This document shows, one piece after another, positions 27,968 to 36,064 of a DNA stretch of 38,016 nucleotides. Made by a program: the position numbers and the translations under genes. Within the stretch, counting starts at the first letter, position 1. Each line of letters opens with the position of its first letter. This DNA comes from Thermohalobaculum sp. Lineage in GTDB: Bacteria > Pseudomonadota > Alphaproteobacteria > Rhodobacterales > Rhodobacteraceae. The stretch is taken from positions 1 to 38,016 of the forward strand of contig JAVVFE010000001.1 of the NCBI GenBank assembly GCA_032251175.1. Reading direction: 5' to 3'. The notes under the pieces are model-generated. The model was not told the DNA's origin. It worked only from the letters and a program-made list of their open reading frames with translations, and did not search any database.

Positions 27968-27983
27968 TGTGCGTGTCGTCACA
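27968..27983. promoter_or_regulatory. CRP-like box TGTGC-N6-TCACA upstream of the fecR-domain gene
   Basis: 9/10 match to TGTGA-N6-TCACA, in the gap between the cyclase and FecR genes. Confidence 0.45.
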
Positions 27984-28073
27984 CACACGTCCTGATTGCA
28001 ACCCTAGCGGTCAATCTTCCCTCTGGCCAGAGGATTGCTGCGTCAGTCAGTGCAATGCGCGCCTTCCAGAGGA

Positions 28074-30332
28074 TTATTTTGCCGCGACCAGATCGGATTG
28101 ATCTGCGTGCTCCGGGTCGAAATCCGCCCGTCGCGCTGGCAGACGATCGAGGAAACCCGCCAGACGCGGGTCGAATGCGCTGGCCATCTGGCGGCACTGC
28201 GCAAGGTGATGCGCCAGCGCCGCCGAATCGCGCGCGCGCAGTGCGCGAATCAAGTCGTCGTAGTGGCGTGCAAAGGCCGCAAACTCCGCCGATGCCTTGG
28301 TGGCCGCATCGCCCACCAGGATCACCATCGGCACAGGTGCCGACTTGCCCTTGAGCGGCACCCCGCCCGCGTCGAGGAAGGCGAGGTCGGGCGCCAGATC
28401 GGCGGTCGATTTGCAGACCACCAGATCGAACCCCAGCTCCTTGCACGCCGACTCGGCGCGCGCGGCCACGTTCACCGCATCGCCGATGGCCGAATAATTG
28501 AACCGCTCGGCCGAGCCGACATTGCCGACACAGGCGGGCCCGGTGTTGACGCCCACGCCGATCTCGATGGCGGTGTCGCGCGCGACATGGTCGGGCAGGC
28601 CGAAGCCGCCGCGGGCGGTCATCGCGTCGATCGCCTCGCGCATCGCCAGCGCGGCCAGACAGGCGCGCCGGGCGTGATCGGACTGCCGCAGCGGCGCGTT
28701 CCAGAATGCCATGATCGAATCGCCGATGAACTTGTCGATCACGCCGCCGGTTTGCGCGATCTCATCGGACAGCGCGCCCAGCAGATTGTTCAGGAAGGCG
28801 ACCAGCTCCTCGGGCGACAGCCGCTCGCTCAGCGGCGTGAAGTTGCGCACATCCGTGAACATCACGGTCAGCTCGCAGTTCTCGCCGCCCAGGCGAACCT
28901 CGCTGTGGTTCTGTTCGATCTGCTTCAGCACCGTGGGATGGACATAGTGGCTGAAGGCATGGCGCATGCCGCGCTTTTCACGATCGGTCACCAGGTAGCG
29001 AAATGCCGTGGCGACAAACCAGGTCGCCATTCCCCCGCCCAGCGGGAAACTGAAATCGACCAGCACGCCGAGTTCCCGAAAGCTGTACCAGGCACCGAGC
29101 ACGATGATCGCGGAGAACGACATGCCCCCGATCAGCGCGATCCAGGCGCCGCCAAAGATCGTGGTCAGGCCGACCGTGAGGCAGGTGATCACCAGCGCGA
29201 ACAGCTCGGCGCTGCCGGTCCAGTCCTTCCGCAACAGGAACTGGCCGCTGATGATCTGCTCCAGCGCCTGCGCATGCATCTCGATGCCGGGCACGACGTC
29301 GCCGAGCGCGGTCCGGTGCAAGTCGAACAACCCCGCCGCCGACGTGCCAATCAGGACCATCTTCCCCGACAACTCGGGCACGAGGGCTGTGAGGCGCTCG
29401 TTGTCGAAAATGTCGGCCGCGCTGACATACCGCTCGGCGTGGGGCTTGGTGTAGTACAGAAAGAACTCGCCGCGCGGGCCGGTCGGGACGTCGAATGCGC
29501 CGATCCTGAGCGACTGCACGCCGCCGATCTCGGGATCGACGTTGACCACATAGGTCGAGGCCCCCTGCGCGATCCGCAACGATTCGGTGATCAGGCTTGG
29601 GAAAAGCTTCGTCCCGTCGGACCAGACAAGCTGCACGACGCGCACGCCGTCGCCCGAATCGTCGCTGCGCAGGTTGACCGAGCCGATGCCTGCGGCCGCA
29701 TCCGCCAGAACCGGCAGAATGCTGGCGCCGCCGCGCAGGCGGGTGACATCGGAACTCGGATCCTTGCCCGTGAAGGCGAAGCCCGCCTTGACGGGTGGCA
29801 TTCCGGTCCTGGCGAACGATGTCCCGAAACCCAGAACCACATTGCCGCGCCGGATCGCGTCGGCAAACAGCTCGTCGTTGCTCGGCGGGCGGGCGGGGTC
29901 GGCGCCCCCTGCCCCGCCGTCCGCGGCCGCCCGCCCCAGCGACATCCGGTCGGGCTCGACGAACAGGAAGTCGAACGACACCGCCACGGCGCCGGCGGCA
30001 TGCAGCCGGTCGACCAGCTCGGCCAGAACATCGCGCGGCCAGGGCCATTGGCCTAAGCTCGAGAGCGAACGCTCGTCGATATCGACGATCTTGATCGGAA
30101 CATCGTCGCGATACGCCCGCGGCGATGCCCGCTGCAACAGATCGAACGCGATCTGGCGCGCCTGCTGAACCACGAAGGGGTCCGCGATCCTGAGCCCGAT
30201 CAGCCCGCCGGTGGTGCCGAGGCAGACCATGAGCATGCTGAGGAAATAGAGCAGGTTCCGCCCGGAAACCTGGCGGCGCTGGGTCTCGCCGCGGGCATCT
30301 GCCGCCCGCCTTCTGGCCAATCTCGACAACAT
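28074..30332 (-). CDS. CHASE2-domain class III adenylate cyclase
   Basis: TM, CHASE2 (IVDIDERSL..LGQWPWPRD, FDFLFVEPDR, VLIGTSAAGLFD, PGIEMHAQ), 3 TMs, catalytic TVMFTDVRNFT, DKFIGDSIMAFW, GNVGS..RFNYSAIGDAVNVAARAE; GGAGG RBS before ATG 30332. Confidence 0.93.
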   Translation of the reverse strand: MLSRLARRRAADARGETQRRQVSGRNLLYFLSMLMVCLGTTGGLIGLRIADPFVVQQARQIAFDLLQRASPRAYRDDVPIKIVDIDERSLSSLGQWPWPRDVLAELVDRLHAAGAVAVSFDFLFVEPDRMSLGRAAADGGAGGADPARPPSNDELFADAIRRGNVVLGFGTSFARTGMPPVKAGFAFTGKDPSSDVTRLRGGASILPVLADAAAGIGSVNLRSDDSGDGVRVVQLVWSDGTKLFPSLITESLRIAQGASTYVVNVDPEIGGVQSLRIGAFDVPTGPRGEFFLYYTKPHAERYVSAADIFDNERLTALVPELSGKMVLIGTSAAGLFDLHRTALGDVVPGIEMHAQALEQIISGQFLLRKDWTGSAELFALVITCLTVGLTTIFGGAWIALIGGMSFSAIIVLGAWYSFRELGVLVDFSFPLGGGMATWFVATAFRYLVTDREKRGMRHAFSHYVHPTVLKQIEQNHSEVRLGGENCELTVMFTDVRNFTPLSERLSPEELVAFLNNLLGALSDEIAQTGGVIDKFIGDSIMAFWNAPLRQSDHARRACLAALAMREAIDAMTARGGFGLPDHVARDTAIEIGVGVNTGPACVGNVGSAERFNYSAIGDAVNVAARAESACKELGFDLVVCKSTADLAPDLAFLDAGGVPLKGKSAPVPMVILVGDAATKASAEFAAFARHYDDLIRALRARDSAALAHHLAQCRQMASAFDPRLAGFLDRLPARRADFDPEHADQSDLVAAK

Positions 30333-30772
30333 CGCGCCTCCGGGCGGGCGCCGCCGACAAGGCCCCACCCTTCCGACGAACTATACCCGATCGCGGGCCC
30401 CGGTCGAGGCTTGCAACGCCGTCGACCGGGCCGCGCGTCACGCGAACCCGTGGCGCGGCGTGGCGGGCATCGCACCCACGGCCGCCCGGCGCCGGGGTCC
30501 GATGGCGCAGCCACGCAGCCCCGGCCGCGCGTCCGGGGTGAGTCGGCCCGATCGCGCGCCCCAATGTCGCGCCCCGATATCGCGCGCCATGCTCTCGGTG
30601 GGCCGTCGCGCACTATACCCGAGGTTGTTCGCCGTTGCGCCAAGCTACCACAGCGGCGCATGCTCGCGACCGATCACGCCATCGTGCCGCCGTTTGCCTG
30701 GTTGGGGGCGGAATTTTGCCGTATTCGAGTGCAGAATCGGAACCGGTGGAGAATTGGGAGTAGGGGTAACCG

Positions 30773-31132
30773 ATGCGCGCTGAACTCTGGCTTGCCGGCT
30801 GGGCGATGGCATGTGCCGCGGTCCTTGGATCTGCGTCCGGCGCCCGCAGCCTGACACTGGACGAATTCGATCGCCTGCAGGACCATCAGCAGGAAATCTT
30901 CATCAGCACGGTCCTGCATCACTTTTACTATCAGTATCAGACCGCCTCGGTCGCGAGCGTCAAGGCGGACTGCATGACCCGGCTGGACCAGGTGAACAGC
31001 GCGGACGGCAGCGCCTATCTCTATGCCCGGATCATCGAGGACGTGAACCTTGCCCGCACCGCGCGCGCCAACCCGCCCACGGTCGAAGGCGTGATTCGCG
31101 CGCTGATCGATCGCGAGTGCGCGAAGAACTGA
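30773..31132 (+). CDS. Hypothetical small exported protein
   Basis: Signal-peptide-like N-terminus, 119 aa, two Cys in the mature part, purine-rich RBS (GGGAGTAGGGG). Confidence 0.7.
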   Translation: MRAELWLAGWAMACAAVLGSASGARSLTLDEFDRLQDHQQEIFISTVLHHFYYQYQTASVASVKADCMTRLDQVNSADGSAYLYARIIEDVNLARTARANPPTVEGVIRALIDRECAKN

Positions 31133-31241
31133 TCCCAGGCGGCATCCGTCGGGGCCGATTTGCCGGGCGCGACTGCCCGCGCTCCCCGGGCCGCGGCAAC
31201 GCGCTCGTCCCGGGCTTCGGGTCTTGCGCGGCGCCGCCGAA

Positions 31242-31607
31242 TCAGCCCGACAGGGTCAGAAGATTGTCCCGGGCCTGGTCCGCGACCGTGGTCACGCTTG
31301 GCGCGACCTCGCCCTCCTTCACCACCCGGGTGACTTCCGCCTGAGCGCCATGTGCGATCGCCGCCTCATAGTGCTGACGGGCCAGATCGCGATTGCCCAG
31401 ACGCTGATACGCGACACCCAGGTTGAGATGGACATAAGGGTTGGTCGGGAACTCGGCCAGCATGCCCTCGTAATGATCCCGCGCCGCCGGATACTCCTTC
31501 GCGAGCATCAAGCCCCAGCCCTGCTCCAGCCCGCCTCCCGGATCGCCCGCGCATCCCGCCAGCAGGAAGGCGATGATCGCTGCGCCACGCTTCACACTCA
31601 CTCGCAT
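31242..31607 (-). CDS. Small TPR-containing lipoprotein
   Basis: Lipobox LLAGC; TPR-like A..HYE.ML...PTNPYVHLNLGVAYQRLGNRDLARQHYEAAI. Confidence 0.82.
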   Translation of the reverse strand: MRVSVKRGAAIIAFLLAGCAGDPGGGLEQGWGLMLAKEYPAARDHYEGMLAEFPTNPYVHLNLGVAYQRLGNRDLARQHYEAAIAHGAQAEVTRVVKEGEVAPSVTTVADQARDNLLTLSG

Positions 31608-31757
31608 TCTGCCCTCACCAGCAACCGGCGGCTGCGCCCACGCCGCAGCGGCCCCTCAGCCTCCGCCATCGGGGCTTTGCGAAAAGCCTAGCATGGCCCA
31701 CGCGGCGGCGCCAAGCGGCCACAACCGACAGTTGGGCGCGCCGTCCGCGCAGTCTGC

Positions 31758-32597
31758 TCAGGCGGTCAGGAAGGGCGCCGCACGCATCGTGGGAGGAACC
31801 TCGGCACCCAGCCGGGTCAGGATGGTCGGGGCAAGCTGCACCTGGTCGAGCAGCACATCCGGCGCCGGTCCCTCGCCGCCGCCGAACCAGTAGAGCGCGA
31901 AATCCTGCTGGTCCTCGCCCGCGCCGCCGTGATGCCCGCGCACCGACTGGCCGTGATCGGCGGTGACGATCACCTCGTATCCCGCCGCCCGCCAGCGCCG
32001 GATATATGGCGCAAGCATCGCGTCAAGCGCATAGCAGGCGTGGTCCATCGGCGTGCAGTCATGGCCGAAGCGGTGCCCCATGCTGTCCAGCGTGCAGGTG
32101 TGCAGCATGCCATAGGCGATGCCCTTGCGCTCGCACAGCATGGTCAGGGTGGCGAACAGGTCGGCGTCCGACGGCGTCATCTGGTTGTCGGCGCCATAGC
32201 CGGACATGGTGTGGAACCGGCCATGCGTGATGGCCGGGCTGTCGGGCTCGTCGTATTCCAGGTCGCGCACCGGGTCGAAGGGCGCGCGGTTGAAGAATTC
32301 CGACCAGAAGGAATGCGCGACCGCCCCGGTCAGCCCGCCCGCCCGGCGCACCTGCGAGAAGATGTCCGGCGCGCCCAGCCGGAACACCGTGTCATTGCCG
32401 GTGACGCCATGCTCCTGCGGGCTGACCCCGGTATGGATCGAGGCGTAGCACGACGCCGAGGTCGACGGCAGCACAGCGCGCATCTTCCAGACCCGCGCCT
32501 CGCCCGCGGCGACCCAGCCCTCGAGATTGCCGAACAGCCGGCGCCAGTTCGCGTAGGGCACGCCGTCGATGATGATCAGAAGAAGCTTGCGGGGCAT
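31758..32597 (-). CDS. Alkaline phosphatase superfamily (nucleotide pyrophosphatase/phosphodiesterase-like) protein
   Basis: IIIDGV, LPSTSASCYASIHTG (nucleophile region), LDSMGHRFG, VTADHG, GHHGG metal ligands; no signal peptide. Confidence 0.85.
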   Translation of the reverse strand: MPRKLLLIIIDGVPYANWRRLFGNLEGWVAAGEARVWKMRAVLPSTSASCYASIHTGVSPQEHGVTGNDTVFRLGAPDIFSQVRRAGGLTGAVAHSFWSEFFNRAPFDPVRDLEYDEPDSPAITHGRFHTMSGYGADNQMTPSDADLFATLTMLCERKGIAYGMLHTCTLDSMGHRFGHDCTPMDHACYALDAMLAPYIRRWRAAGYEVIVTADHGQSVRGHHGGAGEDQQDFALYWFGGGEGPAPDVLLDQVQLAPTILTRLGAEVPPTMRAAPFLTA

Positions 32598-32645
32598 CTT
32601 TTTGTCTCTGCCTTTGGGGGGGGAGGCGGGAAAGCCAGCCGGGCC

Positions 32646-34283
32646 TCAGTGCCCGGCGCTTTCCATCCTGCGGGTGTCGATGACGTTTTCCAACCAGCCC
32701 AGCTTCATCTCGGGGACCGAGGACAAAAGCAGGTCGGTATAGTCGTCGAAGGGCGGGCTCAGGACCTGCGATTTCGGCCCGTAGCGCACCACCTCGCCAC
32801 GATACATCACCGCGATGCTGTCGGCGATGGCGCGCACCGTGGCCAGGTCGTGGGTGATGAACAGATACGCCACCCCCTCGCGCGCCTGGAGGTCCAGCAG
32901 CAGCTTGAGGATCCCGTCCGCCACCAGCGGGTCGAGCGCCGAGGTCACCTCGTCGCAGATGATCAGCCGCGGTTTCGCCGCCAGCGCGCGGGCGATGCAG
33001 ACCCGCTGCTTCTGCCCGCCCGACAGTTCGGCCGGATAGCGGTCGGCGAAGCCCGTGCCCATCTCGATCGCGTCGAGCAGTTCGGCAATCCGGGCGTCGC
33101 GTTCGGCACCGCGCATGCCGAAGTAGAACTCCAGCGGCCGGCCGATGATGGTGCGCACGGTCTGGCGCGGGTTCATCGCCACGTCGGCCATCTGGTAGAT
33201 CATCTGCAACTCGCGCAGGTCGTCCTTCGTGCGCCCGGCCATCTGGGCCGAAAGGGTGCGCCCGGCAAAGACCATCTGGCCGCGCTTCGGCGGCAGAAGC
33301 CCGGTGATCGCGCGCGCCAGCGTCGATTTTCCCGAGCCGCTCTCGCCCACCACCGCCAGCGTCTGGCCGGGATGCAGCTCGACCGTGATGTTCTTCAGCA
33401 CGTCGATCGGCAGGCCGGGATAACTTGCCGTGACATTCTCGACCCGCAGCACCGGGGTCTCTGACGGTCGCTTCTCCTCGTGCTCGATCGAGCGCACGGA
33501 CACCAGGGCGCGGGTATAATCGGCGCGCGGCGCCTCGATGATCTGCCTTGTGTCGCCATGCTCGACCATCTTGCCATGGCGCAGCACCATGATCTCGTCT
33601 GACACCTGCGCCACCACCGCAAGGTCATGGGTGATGTAGAGCGCCCCGACCCCGGTGGTGCGGATCGCCTCCTTGATCGCCGCCAGCACGTCGATCTGGG
33701 TGGTCACGTCGAGCGCGGTGGTCGGCTCGTCGAAGATCACCAGATCGGGCTGCGGACACAGCGCCATCGCCGTCATCGCGCCCTGCAACTGCCCGCCCGA
33801 GACCTGATGCGGATAGCGGTTGCCGATGCTCCCGGGGTCCGGCAGGCCCAGCCGGGCGAACAGGGCCACGGCGCGCGCCTCGGCCTCGGCCCGGCTGGCC
33901 AGGCCGTGCGCCAGCGTGGCTTCGGTCACCTGATCCATCAGCTTGCGCGCCGGATTGAAGGCCGCCGCCGCGGATTGGGCGACATAGGTGACCTCGGCCC
34001 CGCGCAGCGCCCGCAGATCGCCCGCGCCGCCCGCCAGGATGTCGCGGCCGTTGACGAAGATCTGCCCGCCGGTGATGCGCACGCCGCCCCGGCCATAGGC
34101 CATGGCCGACAGGCCGATGGTGGACTTGCCGGCGCCGGATTCGCCGATCAGCCCCATCACCCGGCCCTTGTCGAGCCTGAGCGACACGTCGTCGACAATC
34201 AGCGCGTCGCGCGGCGGCTCGCCGGGCGCATAGACCGTCGCCTCGATGCGCAGATTGCGGATGTCGAGCAGGGCGTCAGGCAC
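32646..34283 (-). CDS. ABC transporter ATP-binding protein, fused duplicated Dpp/OppD-F domains
   Basis: Two Walker A motifs (GESGAGKST, GESGSGKST), signatures VSGGQ and LSGGQKQR, Walker B IFDEPT and ICDEVT. Confidence 0.95.
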   Translation of the reverse strand: MPDALLDIRNLRIEATVYAPGEPPRDALIVDDVSLRLDKGRVMGLIGESGAGKSTIGLSAMAYGRGGVRITGGQIFVNGRDILAGGAGDLRALRGAEVTYVAQSAAAAFNPARKLMDQVTEATLAHGLASRAEAEARAVALFARLGLPDPGSIGNRYPHQVSGGQLQGAMTAMALCPQPDLVIFDEPTTALDVTTQIDVLAAIKEAIRTTGVGALYITHDLAVVAQVSDEIMVLRHGKMVEHGDTRQIIEAPRADYTRALVSVRSIEHEEKRPSETPVLRVENVTASYPGLPIDVLKNITVELHPGQTLAVVGESGSGKSTLARAITGLLPPKRGQMVFAGRTLSAQMAGRTKDDLRELQMIYQMADVAMNPRQTVRTIIGRPLEFYFGMRGAERDARIAELLDAIEMGTGFADRYPAELSGGQKQRVCIARALAAKPRLIICDEVTSALDPLVADGILKLLLDLQAREGVAYLFITHDLATVRAIADSIAVMYRGEVVRYGPKSQVLSPPFDDYTDLLLSSVPEMKLGWLENVIDTRRMESAGH

Positions 34284-35094
34284 CGCGGCCCCCTTTCAGG
34301 CTGGTCGTCCGGTTCAGGATCCAGTCGGCGACCAGGTTGACCGAGATCGCCAGCGTCGCGATGGCGATCGCCGGCACCAGGGCTGCGGGAATGCCGTAGA
34401 CAATACCCTCCTTGTTCTCCTTGACGATGCCGCCCCAGTCCGCCAGCGGCGGCTGCACGCCAAGGCCCAGGAACGACAGGGTCGAGATGAACAGAACCAT
34501 GAAGATGAAGCGCAAGCCCATTTCGGCCACCAGCGGCGACAGGGCGTTGGGCAGGATCTCGCGAAAGATGATCCAGCCCCGGCCTTCGCCGCGCAGGCGG
34601 GCGGCCTCGACGTAATCCATCACCGTGATGTCGACGGCGACGGCACGCGCCAGCCGGAACACGCGCGTCGCGTCCAGCAGGCCCATCACGAGGATAAGGA
34701 CCACCATCGTCACCGGCATCACCGACAGCACCACCAGCGCGAAGATCAGCGACGGCACCGCCATGATCAGATCGACCAGCCGCGACAGCGCCTGATCGAT
34801 CCAGCCACCGGCAACGGCCGCGGTGAAGCCGAGGATCGAGCCGGTCACGAAGCTGAGCACCGTGCCCGCGGCGGCGATGAAGATCGTCACCTGGCCGCCC
34901 CAGATCATCCGCGACAACAGATCGCGTCCGATCGAATCGGTGCCCAGCCAGTGCGCGGCCGACGCGGGCTCCCAGCTGTCGCCGACGATCTCGGCCATCC
35001 CGTAGGGCGCGATCACGCCCGCGAAGATCGCACCAAGGAAATAGAGCGCGGTGAAGAACAGCCCGATCAGGGCCGAAAGCGGAATACGGCTCAT
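34276..35094 (-). CDS. Peptide/nickel ABC permease (DppC-like)
   Basis: HWLGTDSIGRDLLSR, YVEAARLRG EAA loop, LSFLGLGVQPP.ADWG. Confidence 0.93.
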   Translation of the reverse strand: MSRIPLSALIGLFFTALYFLGAIFAGVIAPYGMAEIVGDSWEPASAAHWLGTDSIGRDLLSRMIWGGQVTIFIAAAGTVLSFVTGSILGFTAAVAGGWIDQALSRLVDLIMAVPSLIFALVVLSVMPVTMVVLILVMGLLDATRVFRLARAVAVDITVMDYVEAARLRGEGRGWIIFREILPNALSPLVAEMGLRFIFMVLFISTLSFLGLGVQPPLADWGGIVKENKEGIVYGIPAALVPAIAIATLAISVNLVADWILNRTTSLKGGRGA

Positions 35095-36053
35095 TTCGGG
35101 TGCCTCAACCGGGGGTTGGCGAGGATCGAGATGATGTCGGCCAGCATGTTCAGCCCGATATAGACCGCCGCGAACACCAGCCCGCAGGCCTGCACCACCG
35201 GCACGTCGCGCTTGGCGACGTGATCGACCAGATACTGCCCCATCCCGGGATAGACGAAGACCACCTCGACCACGACGACGCCGACCACCAGATAGGCAAG
35301 GTTCAGCATCACCACGTTGACCACCGGCGCCAGCGCATTGGGAAAGGCGTGGCGGACGATCACCGTGAACGGGCGCAGGCCCTTGAGTTCAGCGGTCTCG
35401 ATATAGGCCGACTGCATCACGTTCAGGATGGCCGCGCGCGTCATGCGCATCATGTGCCCCAGCACCACCAGCACCAGCACCATCACCGGCAGCGCGATGG
35501 CGTTGAGCTTTTCGCCCAGCGACATGCTGTCATAGACGGTCGCGACCGACGGCAGCACCCGGAACTGCACCGCCAGCAGGAACATCACGATGTAGCCCAG
35601 CAGGAACTCGGGCACGGACACGGTCGCGAGCGTGACGCCCGAGATCAGCCTGTCGGGCCAGCGCCCCTGATAGCGCACCGCGATCAGGCCGAGCAGAATC
35701 GCCAGCGGCACCGAGATCACCGCCGCCCAGAACGCCAGGAACAGCGTATTGCCCAGCCGCTGGCCCATCGCCTTGGCGATGTCCTGCTTGTTGGTCAGCG
35801 CCGTGCCCAGATCGCCCTGAAGCGCCGCGCCCAGCCATTTGACGTAACGCACGGGCGCGGGGTCGTTCAGCCCCAGTTCCGCCCGCAGGTTCGCCAGCGC
35901 CTGCGGCGTCGCCGACTGGCCCAGGATCGACTGCGCCACATCGCCGGGCAGGATCTGCGTGCCGGCGAAGATCAGGATCGACGCCGCCACCATGAGCATG
36001 AGACCCAGCGCAACGCGCTGGATCACAAGTTTCACCACCGGGTGCCTCAACAC
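35091..36053 (-). CDS. Peptide/nickel ABC permease (DppB-like)
   Basis: LPGDVA, QGDLGTAL, YIETAELKGL, RHAFPNAL, VEVVFVYPGMG. Start GTG 36053 or TTG 36050 is uncertain. Confidence 0.92.
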   Translation of the reverse strand: MLRHPVVKLVIQRVALGLMLMVAASILIFAGTQILPGDVAQSILGQSATPQALANLRAELGLNDPAPVRYVKWLGAALQGDLGTALTNKQDIAKAMGQRLGNTLFLAFWAAVISVPLAILLGLIAVRYQGRWPDRLISGVTLATVSVPEFLLGYIVMFLLAVQFRVLPSVATVYDSMSLGEKLNAIALPVMVLVLVVLGHMMRMTRAAILNVMQSAYIETAELKGLRPFTVIVRHAFPNALAPVVNVVMLNLAYLVVGVVVVEVVFVYPGMGQYLVDHVAKRDVPVVQACGLVFAAVYIGLNMLADIISILANPRLRHPK

Positions 36054-36064
36054 GCTGGCGGGCC

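Noticed and set aside
27980-27988. CACACACAC dinucleotide run as a microsatellite
   Set aside because: Too short, and partly explained by the CRP-like half-site.
32616-32623. G8 homopolymer as a phase-variation tract
   Set aside because: Intergenic, short and in GC-rich DNA; no evidence of length variation from one sequence.
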